Part shown: one piece after another, positions 38,615 to 48,091 of the stretch
Position numbering within the stretch: position 1 is the stretch's first letter
Layout: each line of letters opens with the position of its first letter
Virus record (IMG/VR): IMGVR_UViG_3300006802_000003
Span: 1-62,468 of that record
DNA length: 62,468 nt
DNA from: a virus
Taxonomy: Duplodnaviria; Caudoviricetes
Direction: 5' to 3' (one strand)
Translations under genes and position numbers: made by a program
Notes under the pieces: generated by a model
Seen by the model: the letters and a program-made list of their open reading frames with translations, nothing else
Told to the model about the DNA's origin: nothing
Database searches by the model: none

Positions 38615-38909
38615 TCGCCTCAAGGCCATCACGGTTGGCGAGATTTGCGCGGTCGTCATTCCGTTGGGTGCCGTTATCGGCGGCATATGGTGGCTGTTCG
38701 AGCCCGCCGTGGCCGGGCAGATCGAGCGCGTTATCAAAAAATACGGCGTGGACAAGGATAGCTTTCAGCGCGTCCAGGGCGAGATTGAGGACATCAAGAC
38801 CAAACAACGCCGGGTTCTCGACCAGAACGCCACCATCATTTTCCAACTGCAGCAATTGCGCGACGAGCTCAAAAAAAAGCCCGCCGCCGGGGCCGACAAC
38901 GGGCAGTAA
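38568..38909 (+). CDS. Membrane protein (holin candidate)
   Basis: One TM plus coiled coil at the end of the lysis cassette; start uncertain. Confidence 0.5.
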   Translation: MNTVKQSADGKPTVIDRLKAITVGEICAVVIPLGAVIGGIWWLFEPAVAGQIERVIKKYGVDKDSFQRVQGEIEDIKTKQRRVLDQNATIIFQLQQLRDELKKKPAAGADNGQ

Positions 38910-38932
38910 GTTTGGAGAAATGCGTATGTCAT

Positions 38933-39184
38933 TTACGCAGGCTCTAATCTGCTCTCAACGTCAGCAAAAAGCAAGATATAAGGCACCTGGATTGTTTTGG
39001 CGATCAGGTAAAGCGTAGGAGCACTTATGCGCCTTTTTCCCGCTTCCCATTGCTGGACCGTCTGCTGGGCAACGTCCAGTTTCTCCGACAAAGCGGCTTG
39101 AGACATTCCCACTTCCGTTCTCCAATATTGGATCGCCTTGCCGATCTGCTTGGCAACAACGGCCTCTTCCTCTTTGCGGTTCAT
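38933..39184 (-). CDS. XRE-family HTH regulator
   Basis: GMSQAALSEKLDVAQQTVQQWEAG. Confidence 0.88.
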   Translation of the reverse strand: MNRKEEEAVVAKQIGKAIQYWRTEVGMSQAALSEKLDVAQQTVQQWEAGKRRISAPTLYLIAKTIQVPYILLFADVESRLEPA

Positions 39185-39555
39185 ACCTTGGTTCCCCCAC
39201 CACCCCTGCGCACCGGCCCCTTCACAATTTCCGGCGGCACTTCCCCCTCTCCCTCATCGACTGAATCAGGAATCACGTCACCAACGATGTTTTGCACATC
39301 GCTGTACGCCGCTTGAATTGCCTCGTGCATTGCGTCGAGCCTTAATTCCAAGGTGTTTAATGCTTCGAGGTCCTTCTCATACCTCTGCCGCAGGTTTTCT
39401 TTCGCCGCGACAATTTCCCCTTTCATGGTGCTGGCCCAATCCGCACTCCCCTTTCTGCCATCATTCATGGCGTTCCATATTGCATCAAACGCATTGTAAA
39501 CAGCGTCCGCAGCCTGGCTCGCTGCGAGGATTACCGGGTTATTGAAATCAGTCAT
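39181..39555 (-). CDS. Hypothetical coiled-coil protein
   Basis: GGAGCAAG RBS. Confidence 0.75.
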   Translation of the reverse strand: MTDFNNPVILAASQAADAVYNAFDAIWNAMNDGRKGSADWASTMKGEIVAAKENLRQRYEKDLEALNTLELRLDAMHEAIQAAYSDVQNIVGDVIPDSVDEGEGEVPPEIVKGPVRRGGGGTKV

Positions 39556-39961
39556 TTGCTTGCTCCTTTAGGTTCGGCTTCTCGCCGTTCATCATGTCTG
39601 CGATCCGCACCAGGTACTCGGTGCGGCGCGGCATATAGATCGCCACCAGCTCCTGCAGCATCCACGGATCGTTGGTATGCTCATACAGGTGCGCCGCGAA
39701 GGCGATCACATCAACTCCCACATACTCCCACCATAGCCGTTCGTTGTGATTGTGCTGCGCGCCTGAATGCATGGTGTGCAGCTCTGGACACAAGGGAACG
39801 GCCCATCGGTCGTCTGGCTTCTCGCCCATGCCGGTTGGCCTTTTGCCCGCAGGCTCCCAGCCAAACCTCACATGGGCCGCGTGGACGCCTGGGCGGGCCG
39901 TCAGGACGCATGGAAGCGCCCTGATCCGGTTTAGGTGGCCTTCGTCACGAACACGCTTCAT
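39548..39961 (-). CDS. DUF968/Ref-like HNH-type nuclease
   Basis: HL..IRALPC..HAAHVR..DDRWAVPLC..H..QH. Confidence 0.7.
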   Translation of the reverse strand: MKRVRDEGHLNRIRALPCVLTARPGVHAAHVRFGWEPAGKRPTGMGEKPDDRWAVPLCPELHTMHSGAQHNHNERLWWEYVGVDVIAFAAHLYEHTNDPWMLQELVAIYMPRRTEYLVRIADMMNGEKPNLKEQAND

Positions 39962-41088
39962 CGCTGCTGCATTTCCTGCATGCGCTTCTTGGCGGAGTCC
40001 AGTAGCCCCTTCGGGTCTTTGTAATCGTCTGGCCATGCTTCCAGCGCCTCACAAATCTCCTGCAGCCTCTCCAGCGTGGCGTTTCGATCCATCAGGATGC
40101 GAACCACCTGCATATCCTTGTGGCTGGTTTCTGCCTGCTCTTCCTTGGGCTTTGGAACTTCCTTCTCTGCCACCTTCTCTTTTTCCGGCGGCGCTGGCGG
40201 CTCCTCTTTGGCGGTCAATTCCTTATCCGCCTTATCCCAACCAAGCTGCCACGCGCGAAACGCCTCGGAGTCTAGCTCGTCCGGACACGCGGAGATGTCC
40301 TCTCCATCCTGGCGCGCCGCATATCCGTCTCGAAACGGATCAGGCACATGGCCGCCGCCTTCTGGCCGGCGCGGCGGTGGTGCTCCAACCGTGTCATGGT
40401 CAATGACGACGCCCCCTGCCTCGACGATCTGCCCATGCATTTCTTCTGCCACCAGGTCGCCACCAAACTCTTCGGGGAAGGCTCGGCGCAAAGCGGCAGC
40501 CTCGGCGCATTTCTCAAGCTGGCCACGCGGGCGCTGTTGCCACATCGAGTTCGGTAAGAGGCTCTTCCCGCTCGCCTTGGCGTAGGTTTCACCCCAATAG
40601 ACTTTTGGCCCCGCGAAAAGAACCCTTTCACCGCCAACCATGCGATAGACACGAACCTGCGCCCATTCCGGATAGGTGAGCTCGATTTCGGCGTCCCTTT
40701 TGAGTTTCTTGCCGTTCTCATAATACGTCTCCTGCCCATTGAATTTCCTGGTGCGATCCGGCCCCCAAACCGTGTCGTCTATCCCGGCAAACTCGCCCGT
40801 TCGCATGGCGGTCGTGCGCAGCTCTCCAATGCCCGGCCAGATCGTCTCGACCATCCCCCGCTTCTCGCTACTCCAGACCGGAACGATGTGAACTGGTTTT
40901 TTCATGATGTCGAAGCGGCGGGCGGCACAATATTCCAGCGCCATTGCGATCGACTCGACTGATTGCGCGGACGGGAATATCGTGTCTAACAGCACTTTCC
41001 ATCGGCTCTGATCGAGCTCGTATTTCTTGGCCAACCTTGAATCCAGCGGTAGACGCGGACGGGCCAACACTATTTCATTTTCGCTCAT
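39958..41088 (-). CDS. bet: Single-strand annealing recombinase (Bet/RecT family)
   Basis: GIGELRTTAMRTG and MW..RPRGQLEKCAEAAALRRAFP. Confidence 0.85.
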   Translation of the reverse strand: MSENEIVLARPRLPLDSRLAKKYELDQSRWKVLLDTIFPSAQSVESIAMALEYCAARRFDIMKKPVHIVPVWSSEKRGMVETIWPGIGELRTTAMRTGEFAGIDDTVWGPDRTRKFNGQETYYENGKKLKRDAEIELTYPEWAQVRVYRMVGGERVLFAGPKVYWGETYAKASGKSLLPNSMWQQRPRGQLEKCAEAAALRRAFPEEFGGDLVAEEMHGQIVEAGGVVIDHDTVGAPPPRRPEGGGHVPDPFRDGYAARQDGEDISACPDELDSEAFRAWQLGWDKADKELTAKEEPPAPPEKEKVAEKEVPKPKEEQAETSHKDMQVVRILMDRNATLERLQEICEALEAWPDDYKDPKGLLDSAKKRMQEMQQR

Positions 41089-41091
41089 GGC

Positions 41092-42327
41092 TTACCTCAC
41101 AATGGTTTGGGTTTCATATTCAATGATGCAGCCGGGGATCGCATTGCGGTGGCGATGCTTCTCGTCTGCTTGAAGCGTCTGCATGTAGCGCCACGCGGCG
41201 GCTTCGATTGCATCCTCATTCAAATACGGCCACAGGGCTTCCACATCACACTTGGTTGGATCAATCAGGGTCAGCTTCCATCGCCGTTGCTGGGTGGCCA
41301 GCGCGCCTCGATCCGACCGGGTACGCGCCATGCCAGCCTCGTCTTTAGCTTGGGCAGCGGCCCGATCAGCATGCTTCTCGGCCCGTTCAGCCGCCGCCAG
41401 GTTCAACTTTTCATCCTTGGCGGCTTCTGCCTGCTCGGTCTTTCGCTGCTTTTCCTCTTCTTCCCACCTGCGGCGCTCTTCGAGGCGCTGCTTTTCTTCC
41501 TCGCGATGGCGCCGGCGGGCTTCCTCGGCTTCAATTTCTTGCTTGCGCATTTCCTCGATGCGCTTGCGGTTCTCTTCCTCGGCCTTGGCGCGGGCTTCGG
41601 CCTCTGCCTTCTCGCGCTCTGCCGCTACGGCCCTTTCTTCCTCGGCCCGTTCAGCGGCTTCGGCCTCGCGCTTCTTGCGCTCTTCCTCGGCCCTCTTGCG
41701 CTCTTCCGCCATCTTGCGTTCGAGCTCGATACGCTCCTGGCGCAAGCGTTCGGCCCTCTCGGCCTCTTCCTTGGCCTTGCGGGCAGCCTCTTCCCGTTCC
41801 GCTTGCGCTCGGGCGGCGGCCTCTTCTGCCTTCCTACGCTCTTCCTCGGCCCTCAAGCGAGCATCTTCCGCTTCCCTGGCCTTGCGCAGCCGTTCCTCGG
41901 CTTCCTCGCGCTCTTTCCTCTCCTTCTCCAGACGTGCTTGCCGTTCCTGTTCCTTCTTGGCCTCGGTGTACTTGGTCAATCCATCGCGCACCGCATCCAT
42001 TGCCTTGCTCAATCGCTCTTGCGGCTTTACGAACGTCGCGTTGATTTCGGCCACCTGGTCCTTGAGGGGCTTGGTGTAGTGGGCTTGAACCTCTTTCAGC
42101 TCCTTGACCAGCGCGCGGGCGATCTTGATGTTTTCCGCAACCAGCCCGGCGGTATCTTCATCATCGACGGGGATCGAGGTCGGTGTGCGCTCGATGGCGT
42201 CGAGGATTTTGGCGAACCGATCAAACAGTTCGGATTGCTCCTGCTTTATCATGTCGCCAAGCGATTCTGGCGGCCTGTTGTGGCCGATGTCGATATTTTC
42301 GACCGCGTTTGAGGTTTGTTCAGTCAT
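41092..42327 (-). CDS. Long E/R/K/A coiled-coil protein
   Basis: GGAGCAAG RBS; IGHNRPP N-terminus; IPGCIIE C-terminus. Confidence 0.75.
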   Translation of the reverse strand: MTEQTSNAVENIDIGHNRPPESLGDMIKQEQSELFDRFAKILDAIERTPTSIPVDDEDTAGLVAENIKIARALVKELKEVQAHYTKPLKDQVAEINATFVKPQERLSKAMDAVRDGLTKYTEAKKEQERQARLEKERKEREEAEERLRKAREAEDARLRAEEERRKAEEAAARAQAEREEAARKAKEEAERAERLRQERIELERKMAEERKRAEEERKKREAEAAERAEEERAVAAEREKAEAEARAKAEEENRKRIEEMRKQEIEAEEARRRHREEEKQRLEERRRWEEEEKQRKTEQAEAAKDEKLNLAAAERAEKHADRAAAQAKDEAGMARTRSDRGALATQQRRWKLTLIDPTKCDVEALWPYLNEDAIEAAAWRYMQTLQADEKHRHRNAIPGCIIEYETQTIVR

Positions 42328-42739
42328 TGTCTTGCTCCTTTGTGAACCTGTGCGGGGCGATCTTGCCCCATTGGATTGTGAAATCCGGATTGGCTTCCGG
42401 GCTGTCAGGCTCATGAATGGCCGCCCATTCGAGTTTCTGGTACAGGTACAGGTAGGCCGATTCCGTGATGGGATCGTGAGCGAGCCACGTCCACGCCGTC
42501 ATGGGGTCAAAGACCTTCCTGTAGATTTTGCACTTGAACACTTCATCATCGGTGAGCCGCCCGCTTTGATCGACGGGTTGATGGCACCAGATCACCGCTG
42601 GCACATAGGGGCCGCCCTTCACTAGCCTGGTTCTGTACCAGCCGCATTGCGGATCGCCGTCATGTATTTCTGGATGTCCGCCCAAAATCGCGGACGTGTG
42701 CCATTTGTATAGCTCGCGCCGGGGTGTTGGCCGTCTCAC
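42320..42739 (-). CDS. Hypothetical protein
   Basis: PQCGWYRTRLVKGGPYVPAVIW; overlaps both neighbours. Confidence 0.7.
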   Translation of the reverse strand: MRRPTPRRELYKWHTSAILGGHPEIHDGDPQCGWYRTRLVKGGPYVPAVIWCHQPVDQSGRLTDDEVFKCKIYRKVFDPMTAWTWLAHDPITESAYLYLYQKLEWAAIHEPDSPEANPDFTIQWGKIAPHRFTKEQDND

Positions 42740-42954
42740 GAGTGTTCCTCGCAGATGATGATGTCCCGCAGCTTAAACCGGGGCTTGATCTTGCAGTGCG
42801 TCTTGCCCGCGTTCTTGCAACGAAAACAGGAAACGACCACGGCCTTGTTCTTGTTGTCGTGGGAGGGCTTTCCGCCAAGGCGGCGCACCTGGGCGGCCAT
42901 TCGCGTTGCGCTAGGTGGCATTTTCATTTGCTTTCCTCTCCATGTTGATCCCAT
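42736..42954 (-). CDS. Small Cys-containing protein
   Basis: CFRC..C..CEEH; start uncertain. Confidence 0.5.
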   Translation of the reverse strand: MGSTWRGKQMKMPPSATRMAAQVRRLGGKPSHDNKNKAVVVSCFRCKNAGKTHCKIKPRFKLRDIIICEEHS

Positions 42955-43144
42955 CTTCCATCGCTCGGCTCACGGTTTGCTCCATCATTCGCGTGTCGTG
43001 CCGCTTTAGTTGGTCGTGATACCGCAAAGCGTGGTACAGGGCGTTGAAAAGAAGTTTCTCGCGGTCTGTCCAGCCGCTTGAATTGTATGCCCGTAAAGAA
43101 TTTTCCAGATAGTCGGGGAAGCCCTCAATGTGGGTTTTCGCCAT
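42911..43144 (-). CDS. Hypothetical protein, first gene of the leftward operon
   Basis: AAAGGAG SD before ATG 43144. Confidence 0.65.
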   Translation of the reverse strand: MAKTHIEGFPDYLENSLRAYNSSGWTDREKLLFNALYHALRYHDQLKRHDTRMMEQTVSRAMEDGINMERKANENAT

Positions 43145-43241
43145 AACATGCTCCTTTGTTGTTGGCGACGCAACGCTACAGCTATTTGTGTGTGGCTGCA
43201 ACAGGTCTGCTGCGATAATGTCGATTTTGGAGACAGATTTG

Positions 43242-43532
43242 ATGCATCCCCTAGTATTCATTCGCGATTATGTTTTGAAATGCACGACCGCGCGATTTGC
43301 GCGAATAGCCGGGGTGCATCGCATGACAGCTTACCGTTGGTTTCTGGAGGAAACTCAACCGACGTTAGACCAATTGGGCCGTATCCGTGCGCATATACGG
43401 GCAAATCACATCCCTTTCGACGCCGACTGGTTTTTTGCGATTCCGCCCGGTTTTCTACAGGAGAATGACGAAGATGGTCGAAGTGGCGAAGATCGAGTAC
43501 GAAGCGGAGAATATCATTCCGGACCTGTCTAA
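43242..43532 (+). CDS. Cro-like HTH protein
   Basis: TARFARIAGVHRMTAYRW; first gene after the divergent gap; GGAG SD. Confidence 0.7.
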   Translation: MHPLVFIRDYVLKCTTARFARIAGVHRMTAYRWFLEETQPTLDQLGRIRAHIRANHIPFDADWFFAIPPGFLQENDEDGRSGEDRVRSGEYHSGPV

Positions 43533-43995
43533 TCAGATGGGAAAAGGTGAGTTTCTTCATTTCATGGCTTTGCACAGCAAGGTCGAAAATGAACTCCAAT
43601 TGGTGAAGGATAAGCGCAAAAAGCTGCGTCACTACATGGAGCGGCAGGGCATCGAACTGCAGCTATTCGACCAGGTTCGCAAGGACATGGATGTGGCGAT
43701 TGAGGTTCTGCGCGAACGGCAGCAGACTTTGGAGCTCTATCGCAATTACGCATCCTTGCCGGTTGGAACGCAGGGCGAAATGTTTACGCCCGACGAAGAA
43801 GGGCCGACCGATGAGATTAGTGCCGATGAGCAGGGCTATTTGGCGGTCATGACGGGCCGCGGCGCGACTTCCGACGAGAACCCATTTGAGGCTCAAACCG
43901 ATGAGGCCAACGATTGGCATCAGGGCTGGTTGCGTGGCCAGCAGGAGTTGGCAAAACAAATGCAGAAGTCGGGGCCGGAAATTGGCTGGTCTTGA
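43465..43995 (+). CDS. GapR/DUF2312-like N-terminus with RMF-like C-terminus
   Basis: KDKRKKL..MERQGI..FDQV; GY..G..NPF..W.QGW.RG. Confidence 0.55.
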   Translation: MTKMVEVAKIEYEAENIIPDLSNQMGKGEFLHFMALHSKVENELQLVKDKRKKLRHYMERQGIELQLFDQVRKDMDVAIEVLRERQQTLELYRNYASLPVGTQGEMFTPDEEGPTDEISADEQGYLAVMTGRGATSDENPFEAQTDEANDWHQGWLRGQQELAKQMQKSGPEIGWS

Positions 43996-44238
43996 GAGTT
44001 TTGAGACAGAACAAGAGGAGTTTCCCTGGCGCCCGGTAGAGCGGTGCGCCAGCGGACACTTTGTTGAGCTTGCGAGCATTCCCGACGATGAACTGCTGAT
44101 CGGGATAATCCGATGCACACGCTGCGGTGACGAGCTCGATTTCAATGCGATTAAGCGCCGGTGGTGGGTGTATTTTGAAATGCGCCAGGAGCGACATCGC
44201 TTGCAAGCTGACGCCGAAAACTTGTGGAACAAGTACCG

Positions 44239-44802
44239 ATGGTCCGTGTAGCCGGGATCGATCAATCGAGAAATGGTTTTGGGTGGGCGATTGGTTCAGA
44301 TGAGCCAGACGCCATTCCGCGCTGGGGAACGGACAACCTATCGAGCGCCGGCAATAACGAGGGGTTGATGTATCACCTGGCCGCCAAGCGCGTCCGCCAA
44401 CTTATCAAGGACGGCGCGCAGAAAGTGTTTTTCGAGAAGCCTATCAAGCTCCGCACTGATAAGCTGGAGGGCGATTTAATCACGGTGGGCATCCCGGCAA
44501 TCATTCTCCATGTTTGTTATGAGCACAAGGTTCCGTGCGCCTGGGTGCCGGTCGATGAGTGGAGGTCTAGGTTCCTGGGCTTTCACAAGCCGCCGCCGGG
44601 CATTGTGGAGGCTAAGGCCCGTCGCGCCTGGTACAAGGAAACGGCGATTCAGCAGTGTTTGGCGCGCGGTTGGTTGGTTCAGGATGACAACAGCGCCGAG
44701 GCGCTTGGCATACTGGACTTTGGCTTGTCCTGTGTGTCTAATTCATACCGCAGACGAGTGGGGCCAGTGATCCGGCGAGCGCAACTTAGGAGGTTGCTAT
44801 GA
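44239..44802 (+). CDS. RuvC-like Holliday junction resolvase
   Basis: VAGIDQS..GWA, VFFEKP and DDNSAEALGI. Confidence 0.75.
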   Translation: MVRVAGIDQSRNGFGWAIGSDEPDAIPRWGTDNLSSAGNNEGLMYHLAAKRVRQLIKDGAQKVFFEKPIKLRTDKLEGDLITVGIPAIILHVCYEHKVPCAWVPVDEWRSRFLGFHKPPPGIVEAKARRAWYKETAIQQCLARGWLVQDDNSAEALGILDFGLSCVSNSYRRRVGPVIRRAQLRRLL

Positions 44803-45230
44803 GGCTCCCGGCAAATCGTTTTGAGTGGATCACTGTTGCGTTGGTCGCCGTTGTGGCGGCCATTTTTCTTTTGATGATGATGGGATGGCAGGCCCTCGCG
44901 CACACCACGATTTGGAGGGCAGAAACAAGCGATCCTCAAATCCTCGACTTCCAGCGATGGGAGAACCCCAAGAGCAGGGCAGGATGTTGTGGTGAGGACG
45001 ATTGCCGTCCTATCGATTCTGGCTTGATTGTGTGGGGATCTGATGCGGTGTCGTTTGTTCACGACAAGACGGGGCAGCCAAAACGCTATTGGATTCCGCG
45101 CGATGAAATCGATGGAAGCCCAAATCAAACTACATATGGCTGTGTGGTCGGAAGCGGTAACGCGGCAGAACATCCAGAATTTCCAGGTCAGCGAAGGGCT
45201 CGATGTCTGATGCTTTCGGGTGGTACATAA
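44799..45230 (+). CDS. Exported Cys-rich protein
   Basis: Signal-peptide-like N-terminus; CCGEDDC motif. Confidence 0.7.
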   Translation: MRLPANRFEWITVALVAVVAAIFLLMMMGWQALAHTTIWRAETSDPQILDFQRWENPKSRAGCCGEDDCRPIDSGLIVWGSDAVSFVHDKTGQPKRYWIPRDEIDGSPNQTTYGCVVGSGNAAEHPEFPGQRRARCLMLSGGT

Positions 45231-45389
45231 AAGTTGCCGTCTTGACGAATAAAGCTGCATAGTTGTTACATATTGCCATGCGGACTCGAAATCCGCATCT
45301 GACCCAGCTCGACGGAGCTGTTAGCAATGCGGCAGGGGTGCGCGCCGAGACGTTCGGAAGGCGGCCCCGTAAGCAGGGGAGCAAGCGCG

Positions 45390-45827
45390 ATGTGGGATCG
45401 CCAATCTATCGACTTGATGAAACGCCTGTTGGACATGGGAGACTACACAGCCGCGGAGGTAGCCCGCGCGTTGACGCGGAAGATCGGACGCCCATTCCGA
45501 ACGGACATGGTGCAAACCAAGATTGCCCGAATGCGCGCCGCCGGCGACCTGCCAAAAAGCACAAGCCGCGATCTGCGCCGCTTTATCAAGCCAGAGTTGA
45601 GAACCGGCAACCTTCCCCCGCCTTCTAAGGTCGATGAATGTATTGGCGAGCTGTTCACCTATTGCCAGTGGATTGACGACCACGGCAAGAAGTGCGGCTG
45701 CAAGATCGAGAAGCGATACCCTGGCGTGAAAAACTATTGCGGCTGGCACCAGGTTGTCGCGGTGCGCTCGATCCTTCGCCCAAAGGTAGCCGCTTTTCAC
45801 AATATCGAAATGGAGTCCGCCGAGTGA
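45390..45827 (+). CDS. GcrA-like cell-cycle regulator
   Basis: MW....LMKRL...TAAEVA N-terminal HTH; C-terminal CQW..CG..YCGWH. Confidence 0.7.
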   Translation: MWDRQSIDLMKRLLDMGDYTAAEVARALTRKIGRPFRTDMVQTKIARMRAAGDLPKSTSRDLRRFIKPELRTGNLPPPSKVDECIGELFTYCQWIDDHGKKCGCKIEKRYPGVKNYCGWHQVVAVRSILRPKVAAFHNIEMESAE

Positions 45828-46570
45828 GTTTTCCATACATTCCATTTTACCCGGCGGACTATTTAAGCAAGGCGCATTGGTTGTCGCTGGGCGAGCACGG
45901 CGCGTATTTCAAGCTGATGCTGTTATGCTGGGAGACGCCCGGCTGCAAAATACCTGCCGAACGGGAGTGGATTCAACGTCGTTTGAGTGTGTCGGATCAG
46001 GAGTACGAGACAACCGTTCAGCCGGTCCTAAATGAGTTTTTCAAACGAGAAACCGAGTGGTTTTTTAATGCGCGACTTTTAGATGAATTTGAGAAGCTAA
46101 AAACACTGTATGAATCGCGCAAAAACAATGGGAAAAAGGGTGGTCGTCCAGCCAAAAAAACTAAGTCACTGAAAAACAACAAAAAGAGCAAAACCACTAG
46201 GTTAGTTTTAGGTTCCGAAAATCAAAACCTAAACGAAACCGAAACGGCCTATAACCAGAACCAGAACCAGAACCATAATAAACCCTCTGTATCTCCCTTA
46301 CCGCCTGCTGGTGAGAGTGTGGTAACTTGGAACTTCGAGTTTGAGGAGTGGTGGAAAGATCAATATCCACAGCGCCTCAATGGCAGGCAGGGATCGAAGG
46401 TCAAGGCGAGGGAGTATTACGTCAGGTTCAGAAAGGAAGGGGTCACCAAGAAACAGATATGGGACGCGACCGAGGAGTATTTTCAGGAGCTGGTGCAGAT
46501 CGACCGGCTCAACACCGAGTATGTCAAACACGCATCGAGCTGGTTGTTTAGCCAGCCGTGGGAAAAATAG
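45824..46570 (+). CDS. DUF1376/YdaU-family replication initiator
   Basis: YIPFYPADYL...LSLGEHGAY..L; NGKKGGRP; NQNQNQ linker. Confidence 0.8.
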   Translation: MSFPYIPFYPADYLSKAHWLSLGEHGAYFKLMLLCWETPGCKIPAEREWIQRRLSVSDQEYETTVQPVLNEFFKRETEWFFNARLLDEFEKLKTLYESRKNNGKKGGRPAKKTKSLKNNKKSKTTRLVLGSENQNLNETETAYNQNQNQNHNKPSVSPLPPAGESVVTWNFEFEEWWKDQYPQRLNGRQGSKVKAREYYVRFRKEGVTKKQIWDATEEYFQELVQIDRLNTEYVKHASSWLFSQPWEK

Positions 46571-46580
46571 GAGCAAGAGA

Positions 46581-46673
46581 ATGACAGCAGAAATCGCAGG
46601 AATAATCGGCCAGGTCGTGTTCATGGTGTGCATGGCCGCCGTTCTAATCGCTGCCATAAAGTCGATGGGGTGA
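46581..46673 (+). CDS. 30-aa membrane peptide
   Basis: GGAGCAAG RBS; one TM. Confidence 0.5.
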   Translation: MTAEIAGIIGQVVFMVCMAAVLIAAIKSMG

Positions 46674-46676
46674 GTC

Positions 46677-47225
46677 ATGGCTAGGAGCAACAAAAGGGAA
46701 ATGCCAGCGGACAAGGCGAGGTTGGCGCTGGATGCGTCCGAGAAGGCAACGGGTGTGACGGAATCGAATTTCTATCGGCTGTTTCGCGCTTATTGCTATG
46801 CCCGCGGAGGAACGTCGGACGATTTGGGCGCCATTCAGGTCAATCCAATCGATTCTCCGTCCGAGTGGGGCGCGTGGCTTGGATATGCCAAGGCCCGGCA
46901 CTTGGGCGCGCTTCATCGGTTTATGCTGGCGCGTGGAAAGATGCTGTCAGACATGGGTCATGGATTGCGCAATCAGCGGGTAGCCATCTTGGTTCCCGCG
47001 ACCTGGCCGGCGGACTTCGATGCGGAGTGGGAAGCGCAGAACGATACCTATAATGCCGACCGTTTCGTGCGCAAGCAGTCTGAAAGGCGCGCGGTGGCTG
47101 ATATGGATCAATCGCAACGCGATAAGCTCAATGTCGTCTTAGGGGCGTTTGTGCGCCACAGGGGCGAGGCACCAAAGTGGGTGCGCGACAAGATGGAGGA
47201 GCTGAAACATGCCGATGAGAGCTAA
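46677..47225 (+). CDS. Hypothetical protein (replication module)
   Basis: Contiguous ORF. Confidence 0.65.
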   Translation: MARSNKREMPADKARLALDASEKATGVTESNFYRLFRAYCYARGGTSDDLGAIQVNPIDSPSEWGAWLGYAKARHLGALHRFMLARGKMLSDMGHGLRNQRVAILVPATWPADFDAEWEAQNDTYNADRFVRKQSERRAVADMDQSQRDKLNVVLGAFVRHRGEAPKWVRDKMEELKHADES

Positions 47226-47403
47226 GTGGTTCAACGGGAAGCCGCCGTGGCACCAGCGGATGGTGTTGATTGAGTCGATGATGAATCTCTGCCTGCAGGG
47301 GTATGCGAAGCCCACCACGCCGCTTATCGCACAGTTGGTTGAAGATGCGCAGAAAGCCGATGAAATGGCTAAGAGGTTGAGGAAGTCAGTGCGCAAGCGT
47401 TGA
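47209..47403 (+). CDS. Hypothetical protein
   Basis: GGAG SD; overlaps previous gene. Confidence 0.5.
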   Translation: MPMRAKWFNGKPPWHQRMVLIESMMNLCLQGYAKPTTPLIAQLVEDAQKADEMAKRLRKSVRKR

Positions 47404-47418
47404 CAAACGCAACACCAT
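47399..47418 (+). promoter_or_regulatory. Repeated promoter/operator, copy 1
   Basis: GTTGACAAACGCAACAC(CAT) containing a perfect -35 box. Confidence 0.75.
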
Positions 47419-47459
47419 AATTGAGTATTGATCCGTTCAATCACAAAGGAGCAAGTGAA

Positions 47460-47912
47460 ATGAGCGAGCTAACAGACAAACAACGCGCCGATTGGGTGCG
47501 CCAGGTGGTCAAGGACACGCGCCGCCGCTTTCGAGGGGAGAAAAACCAGCCGTTTAACAACACGGTGGCAATCTGCAATCTTGCAAACGTGCATTGGTCG
47601 ATAAATGAACGGGCAGAATGGCGTCGCGCTTTTTCAAAGTTTGAGGAGGGTGGCAAGGTCGCGTTTGTTCGATCAGGGATGGATTGCGACTCCACACAAT
47701 ACTTCGATGTCCATTTTATCGACGTGCCGGTGAACCTGGTTGACTGGGTGAAATCCGAGGAAGAACGGAGATATTGGCTCGATGGACCGGAAAGAGCATG
47801 GCTGGAGAAGCCGAGCGCGTTTCCAGACGGGGAGGAACACCGCAGCGCGGATCGGGCGCTGGAGGCCTTCGAGGATGGCCACCCGCATTCGGTTCGATGG
47901 GGCAGCCTGTGA
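47460..47912 (+). CDS. Hypothetical protein
   Basis: GGAGCAAG RBS; C-terminal DRALEAFEDGHPH. Confidence 0.75.
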   Translation: MSELTDKQRADWVRQVVKDTRRRFRGEKNQPFNNTVAICNLANVHWSINERAEWRRAFSKFEEGGKVAFVRSGMDCDSTQYFDVHFIDVPVNLVDWVKSEEERRYWLDGPERAWLEKPSAFPDGEEHRSADRALEAFEDGHPHSVRWGSL

Positions 47913-48091
47913 TGTTTCCGCAGCGATTCACCACTAACAGTGACGCGATCATCAGAGCAACGCCCGATCTTGGCGGCTATTTGATCCAGATCAACAATCC
48001 GATCAACGAGGGCGGCGCGGTAATGAACAGGCTAGACCTTATTCAGGCCGCGCGCTACTTGTTGAAGCTGGCGGAGGAGGTTAATGCCTGA
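47912..48091 (+). CDS. Small hypothetical protein
   Basis: TGATG coupling to previous gene. Confidence 0.55.
   Translation: MFPQRFTTNSDAIIRATPDLGGYLIQINNPINEGGAVMNRLDLIQAARYLLKLAEEVNA

Noticed and set aside
41107-42312. 401-aa and 275-aa + strand ORFs
   Set aside because: They are antisense mirrors of the E/R/K/A coiled-coil gene.
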